Origin: Phoronis australis
Lineage: Eukaryota; Animalia; Phoronida
Assembly (NCBI GenBank): GCA_002633005.1
Contig: NMRA01000530.1
Location: 1 to 64,000, forward strand
Length of the DNA: 64,000 nucleotides
Direction of reading: 5' to 3'
A program made the translations under genes and the position numbers. Position 1 is the first letter of the stretch. The number at the start of each line of letters is the position of its first letter. Positions 51,601 to 64,000 of the stretch are shown here, piece by piece. The notes beneath the pieces are model-generated. The model had not been told where the DNA came from. It saw only the letters and a list, made by a program, of their open reading frames with translations, and did no database searches.

Positions 51601-54600
51601 TTGGACTGTTCAAAGATCTCTCGAAATATTGTTCCGGTCTCTGTCTCGAAGTATTTCACTTGCGTCTGTGAGTACTTACTTGTAGCATTTACAGTACTTG
51701 TCGCTCAGAAGGGGAGTGTTTTTCACGACGAGAGCTAGGTTGCGCTTTTTCAATAAATTTCCTTCGAAAGAATTCATTTTATGGTTAGGATCTCAATAAA
51801 AATATATATTTTGTACCAGCATTCTAAAGGATACTATTTTAAAAAAACAAAAACAAAACAAAATGTTTACAATTTCAAGAATAAACTGGTTCCTCTTTAT
51901 TCCTACTTGGGGAATTTTATCCTTGAAGGAGGGTTTCCATAAACCGTAAAAATGGTTGAGTATCCCGCGGGCGAGTGGCATCAGGTGGAAAAATATAACA
52001 TATTTTAATGTTGAATATCCAACCGGCTAACGACGTCGAGTCGACATTGACCTAACTTTTGAATTTTCTATGTCAGAGGTCACTGTTGAAGTAGTGCGGG
52101 GTGTGAATTCAGAAAACATTATTACATGGCCGTATTGCACTCGACTAATTCAACGCGTATGAGATTAAAAGTAGTTCCTCTTTACTACTGCTTGGGGAAT
52201 TTTATCCTGATGAGAGGGTTTCCAAATTTCTAAGCGGCATAACCCCTGAAAATAGTATTATCTCTTGGTCAACTTCCATCAGGTGGAAAAGTATAACATA
52301 TTTTAATATTAAATATCCACATTATTTCACCAGTACTTCGATGGCCTTGAGGCCGGGCAAGCTATAGCTGGTAACTTGGACGCAGTCTGTAAAGACGCGT
52401 TAATTGACCAGCAAAAAGTCAACGAGAAGCCGGACGGAACTCTGGCTTACCCAAAGGAGTTTGAATCATTCTGCCCAAACATGTGCAACCTACACGGAAA
52501 GTGCAAGAGTGGAAAATGCATTTGCTACGCGGGGTATGGCTCAGAGGACTGCTCGGTGAACTTAAAGGAACCGCCTACTGTCGATGGATTCGTTGGGTAA
52601 CGTATTGTCTCCGACAGCGTGTCATTTATTATTTAATAATAAAAGAAGCAGTTCCCGAAGTTAAATTAGAAATTAACCTACAAATCCTTGTTTATCTTGG
52701 AGAGACATTTTCAGTGTAAATCACTTGATGTGTAGCAATAGATGACATAACCCGGCACAGCCAAAGGTCCGATGGTTTTTGCATTCCATTGAGCAAATAA
52801 GAATGACCAACACAGGTTGTGTTCAATGGCTATTAGGATATTAATTTTGTTTATTCAGTGGAAGTGAAGGCAGAACCAAGATGCAGCCCTTTTGCAGGAC
52901 AGTCTACATCGCGTTTTTTGTTCAGTTGGTAGTAGGCTAAATGCACGATAGTGGATAAGCAATTATTGCAGAATTACCTTTAAGACAAGTAGGAATTCAC
53001 TGAACGTTAAATGAAAAACTGCTGCGTTCACGATTACCTTTTGGTAAACAGATCGCCGCAAACTCAAACTATCCAATCATCTGCACCGTTGTGGAAGAAG
53101 AGGACATAAGACGTCCATCGGATTCATTTTAGTCAAAAACTTCATGAAGAGATTTTAACGCAAGTTATGCCAGTCGAATCTTGAACCCAAAAATGCTCAT
53201 TCAACACAACTCCAAGTATTTTTAAACTTATTAGTTGAATTTAATATGAAATTTCAGTTGAATTTTTATTTTGGTGGTGCACCGCCTCCTAAAATGGTGC
53301 AAAGGGCATCTTTAATCACTTTATCCAAAGCCGAAGGCCTGTCTATTAATTAGAAAGTGTTTACTATGAAGCTTTTTCCAAGTATATTATGTTTTACGCA
53401 TATGAGATTCTAGTTAGCACTTAACTTAGAAACCCTGGACATGGGATGCGTAGCACTGAAATAAGTGAAGGGGGTATAACCCCCTGCCCCCCCCCCCTTA
53501 TGGAGTGCGCCACCTACATTACATGTGTGCTAGATTCGAGCCACACTCTCCAAAGTCAAACTCGTGTTCAGGATCGAACTCAGAATACACATATGTACAT
53601 GTATGTATGTATGTATGCATATATATATATAAATGTGTGTATGTATGTAAGTTCGTGCATGTGTACTAGTTATTACCTGAAATTTTGTAATAAATTTGGA
53701 CAAAATCACGTCGACTTTTTAAGGTATTTTTCATAATGTTATCACGTGATTTTCCAGCGGTCAATCGTGTGACGCGAGTCGGGTACCGTGCTTTGAACTA
53801 TATCCTCTGGTGTCAAATGTCCTCAACACAACGACACTCAGATGTCTCTACTCAACTACATTGGTGAGTAAGCCCTGTACATATTATCGTTTACTTTTAC
53901 TCTGAACAGTTAGTGACCGACTTTTGCTAAGCAGCATGCGGGAAATCGAAAGTCTTCATTGGTGACGCTCGACAGTTTTTGCTGGTTCTGGGCTTAAACA
54001 AAATCAGTTCAGCAACACACAGCTCCACCTCTCTGGACAAAACAGGAAATTATAAAGAGTGATCAGGAGAGAAGACTACAAAACGTTTCACAAACTCCAA
54101 TAAAACTTATTAATCAAAGAAAGTTATAAATATAAGTAAAGTATGCCCAAGAAGCTGCCGTAAGAATCTAAAATTACATATTCTTCTCAAAAGAAGACTC
54201 TCAAATGAATTTTGAAAAAAAAATTCATTTTCAGGATGGAAAGCTGCATAAACTTTCAATGCAAGCAAAGTTCGTTGATTTCCGACAAGTTTCGTGCGAA
54301 GTGCCGTTTGCTTTGGATCGAGTATCTATAGGAAGTAAGTAAGGATCAGAATATCTCAAAAACGCTCAGAAACGAATTTCACAGAAGGCATATATTGCTA
54401 TTTAGTGGGATTTAAGGCAGTTTTTCTATTCGAAGCACTGAGATTTGCTGGACGTTCCCGAACTTGACGCTATCACACAACTAAGGAAACAGGAGCCCGT
54501 TCCAAGAAAACTAACTTCAGAGGCGGATCTACAGGGGGTTCAACCCCCCCTCGGGACAGGATCAAAAATAAAAATTGAAAAAAATCCGCCAGAAAAACGA

Positions 54601-55683
54601 AATTAGCTACCAAAAACCACAAAACATCTTACACGGGGAAACCCCCTGCCGACCTTCCTTCCGCTCGGCGCTACGCGCTTCGGATTCGCTCGAATCCAAA
54701 CCCCCCCTTACTGAAAACGTAGATCTGCCACTGAACTTAGATAAGACAAATATTTATATTTAGTCAAGTTTAAGATCACAAGTCGACATCAAGAAAAGAG
54801 ATGTTAAGTTTGACTTAAGTTTTTGATTTAAGTTTTGTCCTAATTTTGACAAATTAACTTGCCAGATGTGAAAGTTTCTAAGTTTGGAAGTCGAGACAAA
54901 TACAAGACTTAAGTAAAAAATGAACTTAAGTTAGTTTCCTGGAACGGGCCCCAGAGCTTTAAATGTAAGAACATGAAGCACCCAAGAACAAGTCTTAATA
55001 AAGTATTCTCCAAACATGTGCTATTCTTTGTTGAAAATGTGAATCACAGTGGTTGAAACAGATGTAGATTAGGACTACACTAGCAAAGAACTGTATAATT
55101 GGCACCTTAGGTTTCCCTGTACCAGCTTCCCCACTACGTGGCTGCACTCACTTGTTGGCGAATGGATTTGTCCATTTCAGAGGAGCAAATTCGAACATTA
55201 GATGTATCTCTGACGAACGATGTGAAAACGTTCAGCAAGCCTCTGTCGTTTACCATATACAGTTCTCAATGTTACGCGTGTAACAGAACGGGCACGTGTA
55301 AATTGAAGGTATGCAACCACTTTTAAGCAATGCTCAATAAAACCGTAATAGAGGGCGACATTGAATAGCAACATCAGCGATAGCGAAGACGAGGATGAGA
55401 ACAACAGTGATTATGGTAACTAACTGTATGAAATATACTGAAGACGAAAAGTCGATATGAAATTTCAAGCTTTCCCCTCTATCACCCTCTAAGAACTTTT
55501 TCCCCAAGCGCATAAAAATGGCAGACTACACGTAGCTCATTTAATTTCCAGCCGCGTAAGTGCGTTATCAATGGAGAATGTTACAACGGAGGTGACACGA
55601 GTCCACGGGACAACTCGCTTTCTTGTATTCCTTCCATATCCACTGACCACTGGGTCGACGCTGCCGGAGGTAGGTGGAGTTAG
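33691..55683 (+). CDS. von Willebrand factor D and EGF domain-containing (VWDE-like) protein, copy A, about 900 aa. Exons 33691-34092, 35098-35321, 38678-38746, 39512-39647, 40262-40443, 40839-40912, 43113-43176 (or duplicate 44013-44076), 45180-45362, 48751-48956, 49966-50116, 50700-50835, 51305-51471, 52334-52596, 53758-53863, 54235-54334, 55181-55308, 55552-55683
   Basis: 17 exons splice in frame with canonical sites. Motifs: D8C domain, VWD (GDPHFTSFE, TCVCG, FFDAWR), the VWDE-type WPTASGITE motif, EGF (CPNMCNLHGKCKSGKCICYAGYGSEDCS) and C-terminal Cys motifs (CYAC, CVINGECY). The start codon is unresolved. The 3' end is either a read-through TAG at 55681-55683 or a splice at 55669 to 55720-55763. 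Confidence 0.88.
35771..36036. repeat. 29-bp minisatellite, 9 copies (TGTAGTTTTACACGGTTAAAGTCTTTACA)
   Basis: Directly counted head-to-tail units with few substitutions and no spacers. Confidence 0.97.
39125..39410. repeat. Intronic CAC/CAT-rich low-complexity tract
   Basis: Reverse-complement homologue of 1560-1865. Confidence 0.85.
41665..42059 (-). mobile_element. Possible solo LTR
   Basis: About 395 bp with TG..CA ends, a TATA-like motif and AATAAA on -, and repeated TTCTAGA motifs; flanks TTGTC / GTGTC match 4 of 5. Confidence 0.35.
42663..44435. repeat. About 0.89-kb near-identical tandem duplication across an N gap (43550-43556), including one VWD exon
   Basis: 42663-43549 is repeated at 43557-44435 with a few SNPs and indels. 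Confidence 0.95.
46211..46305 (+). mobile_element. tRNA-derived SINE-like head
   Basis: A-box-like GTGGCCTAGTGCG and B-box GGTTCGAGTCCC; a related copy lies in reverse at 57101-57195; no complete cloverleaf. Confidence 0.6.
47451..48305. mobile_element. Same element (copy 2), with an internal insertion and a long fold-back
   Basis: Shares TACCACAATATTAGC..GTTATCTCACTAGTGAGATAAC with 7158-7235; 48135-48303 is an imperfect inverted repeat centred on CCCTCGGGGCTAACGCCCCTCGGG. Confidence 0.8.
50296..50610 (+). mobile_element. Right-end fragment of the same Kolobok-like family, in a VWDE intron
   Basis: About 310 bp colinear with 24490-24800 and ending in GGGTGGCATTCTCCTTTAA. Confidence 0.85.
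51889..52318. repeat. Local diverged direct duplication of about 130-145 bp in a VWDE intron
   Basis: GTTCCTCTTTA..CTTGGGGAATTTTATCCT..CATCAGGTGGAAAA.TATAACATATTTTAAT at about 51889 and 52174. Confidence 0.75.
54493..54951. mobile_element. MITE, GGGCCCGTTCCAAGAA family (copy 3), with a nested insertion
   Basis: Same TIRs, flanked by CAG on both sides; interrupted at 54518-54733. Confidence 0.8.
54518..54733. mobile_element. MITE with CAG(A/T)GGCGGATCT ends and a 5-bp TSD
   Basis: CAGAGGCGGATCTAC ... GTAGATCTGCCACTG, with AACTT duplicated on both sides. Confidence 0.8.
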
Positions 55684-57100
55684 TTGTTTCATTGACCTTT
55701 CTATTAATTTCTCACGCAGAATTCTGCAAGATCACAATCCTAGTGTGCCAAGCAGTCTTATGACCCTTTGACATAATTGTATCACTCAGTCAAGAAGCGA
55801 GACTTCTCATGGTTATCTGCCTTCTTTTCAGTCATCCACAGCTGAACAGTCAAGAACTCATGGCTCAACTAGAGTAGGGCCTATCATCTTTTTAAGTTAT
55901 GCGATTAAATGTAGTACTACATTCCTAGTAGGAAATAAATATCCTAGATTTAGCTAATTGTTCAAACTAGCCGCAGGGGCTTACCGATTTGAGAGTAAAC
56001 TAGAAGATTTCACGTACTGGCGACCACCTCACCAAATGCAACCTCAAGATTGCCGGTGTCAACTTTACCACGCCCTGGCATCTCTAGCAGGAAACATCCC
56101 GTCAGTTGCCCCTTTAAAAGCAGGGGGGTAACTAAAAGAAAACACCTGCAAGAACTGGCCAAATGATACCTCATTGAACATTTTCCTAGCTCTTCGCGGG
56201 TAAAAAAGCTTAGTTGCATCCTAGGCATGCAGTTGAGCTCGAAGGCTTTCGTATGCATCAAGCCTCATGCCTCGAAGTCGATGGGTAATTTTTTATGAGT
56301 AAGCACATGCGCACACCCAGTCTAAAAATGGGGCTCGAATTTAGGAGAATGTGGACCTTTTGCCAAGACTCAAGGGTACGTTCAGAGCCACGAATTGTGC
56401 ATCAGTTCAGAGCTACGAATTGTGCATTCGTCGAATTTTGGTAGATCCTGCCTTTATAGTGGACTTTTGTCACGTTTTCTACTCTAGTGCTCTCAACTGG
56501 AACGCATATAAAATTCCATGGAGATCCACCAATGATCTTGGTAGACATTGAGGCATAGGCAAAAAAGGCAACAAATTCGTTACTAGGGGGACACACTACA
56601 GTAGTTGGTTGGTGAGGAAATCTCTGAAATATAAATACAAGTTGAACCTGGTCGCGAGTTTCATCCATCGAACTGAGTATGCCAAAGCTCCGTCTTGGGT
56701 TACTTCCAGTTCACTTTCCCTTCATCAAAACGTGCTGGTGGCAATAATTAACTACAACAAATTGGATTAGAAGACAGTTTTGAAAACTGTTCAAGGAAAG
56801 CATACCACATATATATCTCGGTTACAGGCACTGTATCATCATTATTTCTCAGTGATACGGTCTATAACTGACTGTAGGTGCAGATACAATTGTTCTCACA
56901 ATTTGAGTAATATAGTGGACACAATAGCGGCTAAAATTTGGACAACGTGCGACAATCTGGACCGCGAATGCTAATCCAAAAAATTACCAAAATAATTGCA
57001 GGCGGTCTGGTACACGTTGTAGGCATACCAGAATTGCACTGATCAACAGGAACCATCTTATGCTTTATTAAAATGTTGTTAAAACCTAGCTGAGGCGCTA

Positions 57101-57195
57101 GAGACCCGACTCAAGGTCTAGCAGTGGTACCCAGTGGGACTGGAACCAACGACCTCGAGCCGAAGGAAGCAGAAATTTACCCCACTAGGCCACAC
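57101..57195 (-). mobile_element. tRNA-derived SINE-like head (second copy)
   Basis: Reverse complement reads GTGTGGCCTAGTGG..CTCGAGGTCGTTGGTTCCAGTCCCACTGGGTACCAC..CTAGACCTTGAGTCGGGT, matching 46211-46305. Confidence 0.6.
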
Positions 57196-58000
57196 GGATC
57201 CCTCGCTGACCCAAATAGGTTTACCAAAGACAATTTGCGTCTGTACATTACCCCATATTTACGTAGAGCTATGGTTACCAGAACGGGGAGATGAAATTTA
57301 AATGTAATTCTTGCAAGTGATTGCTGGTAATCATATTAGAATTCATGCGGGGGATTGCAAGTTGAACTGGTTTGGCGGATAGAGAAGCAGACAACAAAAC
57401 AGGGTGGCGAAGAATATGTCAAATCCACTTCAAAATTGAAAGACGCTGTTGTTCATCATCACGAGTCTTTATTGTAATACTTCAAGGCCGTCCTCCCACT
57501 ATACAATAAAATTTTCAGTTATCAAGTGACGCTAACGAGGATTCAAATTAAGAGAATTTCTCTTAATTTTACTAAATTATACACAAATTTAAAGAGGTTT
57601 TTAAGAATTCATGTTGCATAGTACTTTGACATTATCCATGAGGAATGTAATTTACTGAGATTACCACCAACGTGGATTCAAACCTAGAACTTTTCTGCTA
57701 GTACTCAAAAACTACACTACCTGAACTAAATCCCACTTGATAAATGTCAAGGGTACTTAATCAATGCCTACTTAAGTGATAAAGACACTGACCTTGATTT
57801 CGGGGAAGGTCATCTATATTACAGTCAGAAGTAACAATTTGAAAAAAACACAAAACAACGATTGTATTGTTTTCTAGCTCCGGTCAAAGCCAATAATTAT
57901 TCTATCCCATCTAACAATAATCCCACATCAACGTGTTTTTGGCTGCAAAACAACAATTTCCATTTAAATTAAACAAACAAAACTCAAAAAAGCTCCCACT

Positions 58001-61000
58001 TTATTTCAGGTAAGTTGTAACCGCATGTCGTATCTGTTTGATGTTTTCTGAGTACACTCGACAGCAACCACCAATCCAGCGAACCCCCAAGTCCAGCCAC
58101 TCTGGAGCATACTCATGTATTGCACGGCAGTCTTCGAAGCCATACCATCTGAAAAGGCCGTTATCAAAATTCTAATGTATTCTTTTGCAAGTCATAGCCA
58201 CTGGTGAAATGACAAAACATTTAATATGTAAATGCTGAACAAAGAAAACTAGAAATGGTCTTGTACCATGAACTGTTATTATATGTCAGTCACAATATTC
58301 TCTAAAATCCTAGTTATTGCTTATCAGCAGTTTTTATTTTATGGTCATTTCAGAATGACTAGTCTTAATTTCATTTGTTTGTCTAATTCTAATTGATGCA
58401 ACAGTAATCAGTCAACCACCAAGCCCAAGACTCTCAAATAAACCAACAATCACCTACATAGCCAATATTAACCCCATTAGATACTTGTCAGCAATAGACT
58501 ACCACAGTGGGAGCCTGGTTTAACAGTCCATAACCTCTGAATAAACATCTATTGTGCGTGAAACAATGGTGGCCACATGACTACTCAAACACCACACTTG
58601 ACTTTGAATGAGCCCTAATTCTTCACTGTGTGATCAAATGGCACATTAAATAAAGACAGTGCAAGCTTATATAAGTATGTAAATCTTAAACCAGTGTGGA
58701 AACATAGATCCCAAACAATTATAAGTCTGGTCAGCATGCCACCTGTTGGCCGCATCACGTAACCTAAATGAATATTAGTCTGAAAAGATTTCTGCCCCAA
58801 CCGATACACTCAAAAGTTCAAGGGCAAGATGCCCACTACTAAGTCTTATTGGACTTCTGTATTCAACTGGTGTTGCTGATGGCTCATTGGACTAGAGCAG
58901 AAGGTCGCAAGTTCGAGTCCCACTTTTGGTAGAAATCTTTTCAAACTTGCATTCATTTAGGTCAAGTGATTTTGCCAACAGGTGACGTACTGACCACACT
59001 TATATACATTTGCGACAATACCAGCTTAGTGACCTATAGTCACTAGTGGCTGCTTGTTACTGAACTTGAGGACTGTTCAGGTCCACAGATGCACCTTAGC
59101 AGGGAGAATTCAAAAAGAACCACCCCGCTTGCATTGATATACTGATGCACTGTGATTGCTTAACTCAGGCCCACAGATGCATTAAAACTGTGTCATAGTC
59201 ATTCCTTACTTTGTCTTGAATAATACACAAATCATTCTGATTCAGACACAATAATCATGAAGAACAGCTGACCAAAACTACTGTCATTGACCTAAACTGC
59301 AGAGTTAGCAACATGGAGTCTACAGTGATCCCAAATGAGGATTTTGCGTTTTGTTAAATTGAAATATAGTTAGCCGTTTAGACCAAGCAATAATAGCAGC
59401 AGGATGTACGATGGTAGAAATCACACAATGAAACACGGACTCCCCAAATAATTAAAAAAAAACGACAAAGAAACACTAGCATGACCCCTAGGTCCTCCAA
59501 ATTAGCCCCTAGATTTGAAGCCTTGTGGATCAAAAAGATCTGTGCCTTAGGAAAAACCTTGGCTATGATAAACCCAGGCACCCAGTGCTACAATCACTCA
59601 CTCTTTATCCACCCACTCCTCGCCACTGTTGGGGTAGACAATGAAGTCTTTACAGAATCCTTGAGCTGACTTGAGCAAAGGTGTCACATATTGAGGCTTG
59701 GTGCAGTTGATACCAACAGCCACGATGTTGCTAGACTGTGCTGCCACCTGGACAGCTGATGAGAACAATTCACCAGCGCAGGTGTGTGATTCATCCTTCA
59801 GAGAAATAATTTTTTTAAGGTCGGTTGACTGTTACATGGTTGAATCAGACAATTGAGAGTGAACTTAAACTGGCACACTTTTGTTTTGGGTTTGAGGCAA
59901 GGACCTTACACTACAAGACAGAAAATCAGACAAAATATCACTTCCTTGTCATGAGGGTTAATTCTTTTAACAGCAAAAATGACAGGTTATAATCTTCAAC
60001 GAGGCACAGTTCCAATGAGAATATGCCCTAGCTGTCCTGTTAATTCTCCCTCATTCTCGGTCACCAGGGGAGACTACTCTTACGGTAAATTCGGCTTCCG
60101 CCAAGCGGTCACAACGAGGAAATCTGGGTCACTTGGTCTGAATACTTTTGGCTTGTGTACTGTATGATAGGATTGCAACTGCCAAGAATTGTTAAAAACG
60201 AAAAAATGTTTAGAAAATACCAAGGTGGTTGTGAGAAGGTCTCCCCAATGAAAATCCACACAATCACCTGTAGGTAGTATCTGCATACATATAAGTGGTT
60301 GTATAATAATAAATTGTTGGATTTGAGGTAAGCGGTGCATCTATGATATACCACATGTTGTAACAATGCTACGAGATTGGAACTGGTACCCGCCATATTA
60401 AGAGTGATCGCACTAATATTCGATAAAAAAGCACTGCAATACCTTACATGAAAAAGAAAGCCAGGCCTGTACTCCCGGGAACTCCTGCATCAACCCTACA
60501 AGTGCCTGGGCCTCCTTCATGCCCGGAATGGTCTCCAGGGCCAACAAGTCAGCTCCAGCTGATACCAGTGCCTGGATCTTGGGGCGGTGCCAGTCCTGGA
60601 GAGCCTGCAATAATGAAGAAAACTAATGTTTTCAGCATCGAGCTGCGTTTATGTTGAAGTAACTAAATATTATATGAAGTTCCTTCAACACACTTCAAGT
60701 TAACACACACGCACGCACGCACGCACGGACGCACGCACGCACACACACACAAATTCCTATACATATTCATAGATTAACACACGCACACATATACACATAG
60801 ATGTAAAAACACATACAAGTCATGTGTATAAAGACCATTTTGCAATTTAATTTTAATTAGTCTATTGTCTGTTATTCATTGTATTTTACTTCGTTCTGCC
60901 TCAAGGTCTCATAATTAATGAAAAAATTGAAATTCATAATGTTGCCCTAAAAGTGTGGCATACACCGCGACTTTTTCAACACAAACCCCTGGGCCTAAAA

Positions 61001-63347
61001 TAATTAGCTATGGTAATTCTTCTCTCACTTAGCACACACCATGCCAGACAAGTATAACATTTTATCAAATTTCTAGGCAAAAATAAAGTTCAAGAAAATT
61101 TTAGTCCGTAGTTAGCGTGACTTGTACTGTGTGGATATCATAAAAACATTTGGTTAAGTCTCCATTTCTTGCAGCGAGGTAATCAGCCTTCAAAAAATTA
61201 TTGTTTTTTGAAATAAGTGAAGAATTAGTGCACTCACACTTGTTCTTAATCAGCTTTAAGCTCATATTCATCACTTACTAAACACTGACCTTGATTGACA
61301 TACTGTCTAAGTAATGTCCACTGTACTCTGAGCCATCGCAAAGATAAACACCATAAGGTCCAACAGACCCAGCCACCCTGGGTCGATCTCTGCCTAGAGG
61401 AAACAGCATGTGTTGAGAAGAGGTTACCAAACATATACATGCACAGAATCTAGATAGCCATGTCATAATTCTAAGTTATAATTCTCCAGATTGCTCAAAT
61501 AGATGTAGTCTTATACTGTCAAACAATTTCAATTTTCAAGATTGCCTGTAAGTTTTTGATTTTTCAGAGGCCTGCATGTATAATTCAAAATTTTGTTTTC
61601 TAACGCTGCTCTACATTACAACGCAAGCAAAAACTTCCTTAAAATCAGGGTCAACTGTACAACAGCAAGAAGTCGTAACTAAAACCTGTTTATTTCACAG
61701 GAAGCATAAACAGTACTAATGCCACATTAAATGAAAGATAATTAGCACCAAATTAATGCTTTACCATTTTCAAGTTCTGTTTCATAGTTAATATCACACA
61801 CTAATTGTAAAAACTGTGTACACTCACAACAATGAAATAGAATCTCTGATGGCATAAAAAATGAAAGAAAAGAAGTTTCTGCAATTGCTGTTCTCTGAAA
61901 ATTGGTAAAATTTAACATCATTCGATACACAAAAAATGAAAAACAACAAATCTTGCATTTGTGAAGACTAAATGAAAATAAGACTTCACATAAAATTCAC
62001 CTGAACTTTTGAACTCATCTGAACAGACAAATTCATCAACAGCTTGTTTTGCTATGAGAACACCTTTTGCAATCAGTTCACTGGCCCTATCTCCAGTCAC
62101 GCTGAGATGCCGTTTTAATGCTTCAATACTGGCTTGATAGGTGTTAGTTTCAATAACGTCCGAGCCTGCTTGTAGAAATCTACAACAGTCATCACAATTA
62201 AGATACGTCAAGTTGACCATGAACATTGAAGACAAATGCACACAAAAACACACTTAGTCTACATAGATAATACATGCATCTGTGGCCAATGATTTTAGAT
62301 ATCAACTCTTACATAATGTCTTATATGAGTACTGTAAAATATTCAGATTATGTAGGACCTCATCAATTTTCCATGTGTTTAGCCAAATATCTTCAAAACT
62401 TTGGATTTGACAGTAAAATTATACAATTTCTGAAAGTAGAAAACCTGTATAACTTGATTTTTGACTTTGTACCAAACTGCTATAAACTTGATAATGTGAC
62501 TCTTTATAGTCAAATTTAGCAAAAAGGTACATCCCCAGCAAAACATATTTATGAATAACATGTGACCAAATTTTGTTTGATATCAATGAACTCGAGATGA
62601 AATCTCAAAAATATCACAGTTTTCTAAACTATCATTTCGTTTTCGTTTTACGCCACTTTTGATTTTTTTCATAAGAATCACAATAGTCTTATTTTTGATA
62701 AACCTGCATGCAAAGTGGAAAATTTTAAGTACAATTTCCAGCAGCATCCTGGAGAAAAGTGTTATATCTGAACATTTTATATGAGTCTGATGAGCCACTG
62801 TACCAAAGTTTGCTACTTTGGCCGTTTTTCGAAGGTTCTACAACTACATACTCATAATCATGCTATTACATGATGGTCCCATACAGTTACCAACCCTGTT
62901 CGTCACCACCAATAATGCATCCCACATGCCACTCACTTTAAGTGAACAGCCTTTGTTTCATCTGGATGGGTCTGCAGCAACCTGGAACTCCACAAGGGGT
63001 CATCCTGAGAATAAAAGTACAGAATATTTTAGAAATGATATGTGCGGATCAGTAAGAGCAATAAATTATTACCCCTGTCAAGAAATCTTCAAGGATATTT
63101 GCCCGCTCCCTTTAGTATGACCTGTGTCTCACAAAGTCATTTTGCATTTTTTAATCAGTGGCCAATTTTAATTTGTTTTTGGTAATTTGACCCAACTCAA
63201 TAGATCTAAAATGAGAAACAAACGAGAAATAATAAATACTTCCAAGCTCTAAAACAATCTTACATCCATGTGAGAAAACTCAGCAGACCACAGGTTGTGC
63301 TTTAACACTTCTGTTGCAAATCCTCCGTCCAGTACATGAATCTTCAT
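58001..63347 (-). CDS. Homocysteine S-methyltransferase (MmuM/HMT family), paralogue 2, 312 aa. Exons 63347-63264, 63004-62937, 62179-62001, 61393-61290, 60604-60443, 59795-59602, 58148-58001
   Basis: ATG to TAA in frame across 7 exons (939 nt), with the same intron positions and phases as paralogue 1. Motifs VLDGGFATE, DPLWSS, FLQAGSDVIETNTYQ, GSVGPYG..DGSEYSG, LALETIP, GINC, YPNSGE, IGGCCR. Confidence 0.93.
60705..60750. repeat. (CA)n/(GCAC)n microsatellite
   Basis: Seen directly in HMT2 intron 4. Confidence 0.9.
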
Positions 63348-64000
63348 GGTCACGTATACAGCACAGACACCACTGAGGAGTCACCCCTCCAGCTGAGATG
63401 GTGACTTTCCAGTGCTCAGTGGTAGCTTTAGAGCACTACTTGACTTGAAAGTGGAAACAATATATAACATTAGTAAGCAGTTAAAATATGCATCTTTCAA
63501 TAGAACCGTTAACTCTACATAAACTGCCTACCATATGTCAGGTCCAAAGAAATGATTTCTAATAAATAAACAACTCATACTACGAGTGAATTTCTTAATT
63601 GGTGTAACTTAGTGGGAGATTCTGTAACTTGGAACTGTGATTTACTCTGACTGAAGCCCACAAATGTCTGGAACAGTGAACAGCAAAATAAAAAACAACA
63701 AGAAAGCTGCACAGTTAGAACACTGCAATAAATTTCTTTCCAAGACAAAATAGCACTTGTGAGTAATTCTTGTTGTTAGAGAGCAAGATGACAAAGCAAC
63801 AAATGCACACGTGCCGAAACACTATGTCATTTAAAACAGATTTTGCACACTGTACACATTTTCACATACTACTTAATGACACTACATAACATTGTTAAAA
63901 TCGCCCCTTTTAACTGTAGACAGGTCCCCTACCACTGACAGATGGGTGATCTCCCCATAAATCAATGTACATTGCTATTAAACCGCCAGCACACTGGCTG

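Noticed and set aside
56010-56974. Short ORFs between VWDE-A and HMT2
   Set aside because: No motif or consistent splice model could be identified.

Overview
Eukaryotic, intron-rich, AT-rich genomic DNA that looks like an invertebrate animal; the taxon cannot be fixed from the sequence. Most entries in the ORF track are spurious or single exons. Manual splicing (GT-AG, phase-checked) gives four genes. (1) A near-complete VWDE-like gene (D8C/UMOD Cys domain, Ig-like region, VWD, EGF) on + at 33.7-55.7 kb. (2) A head-to-head inverted paralogue on - at 6.8-0.6 kb, of which only the 5' six exons lie in the window. (3, 4) Two intact 7-exon homocysteine S-methyltransferase (MmuM/HMT-type) paralogues on - at 22.7-15.1 kb and 63.3-58.0 kb. 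The rest is introns and transposon debris: a decayed RT-RNase H LINE split by a MITE, a THAP-bearing TTAA-flanked Kolobok-like element just upstream of HMT1, several MITE families, SINE-like pieces and a young minisatellite. I found no CRISPR array, no RNA gene and no convincing wholly new system. The most notable items are the duplication history, the missing start/signal exon in both VWDE copies and the active-site divergence of the HMT pair.
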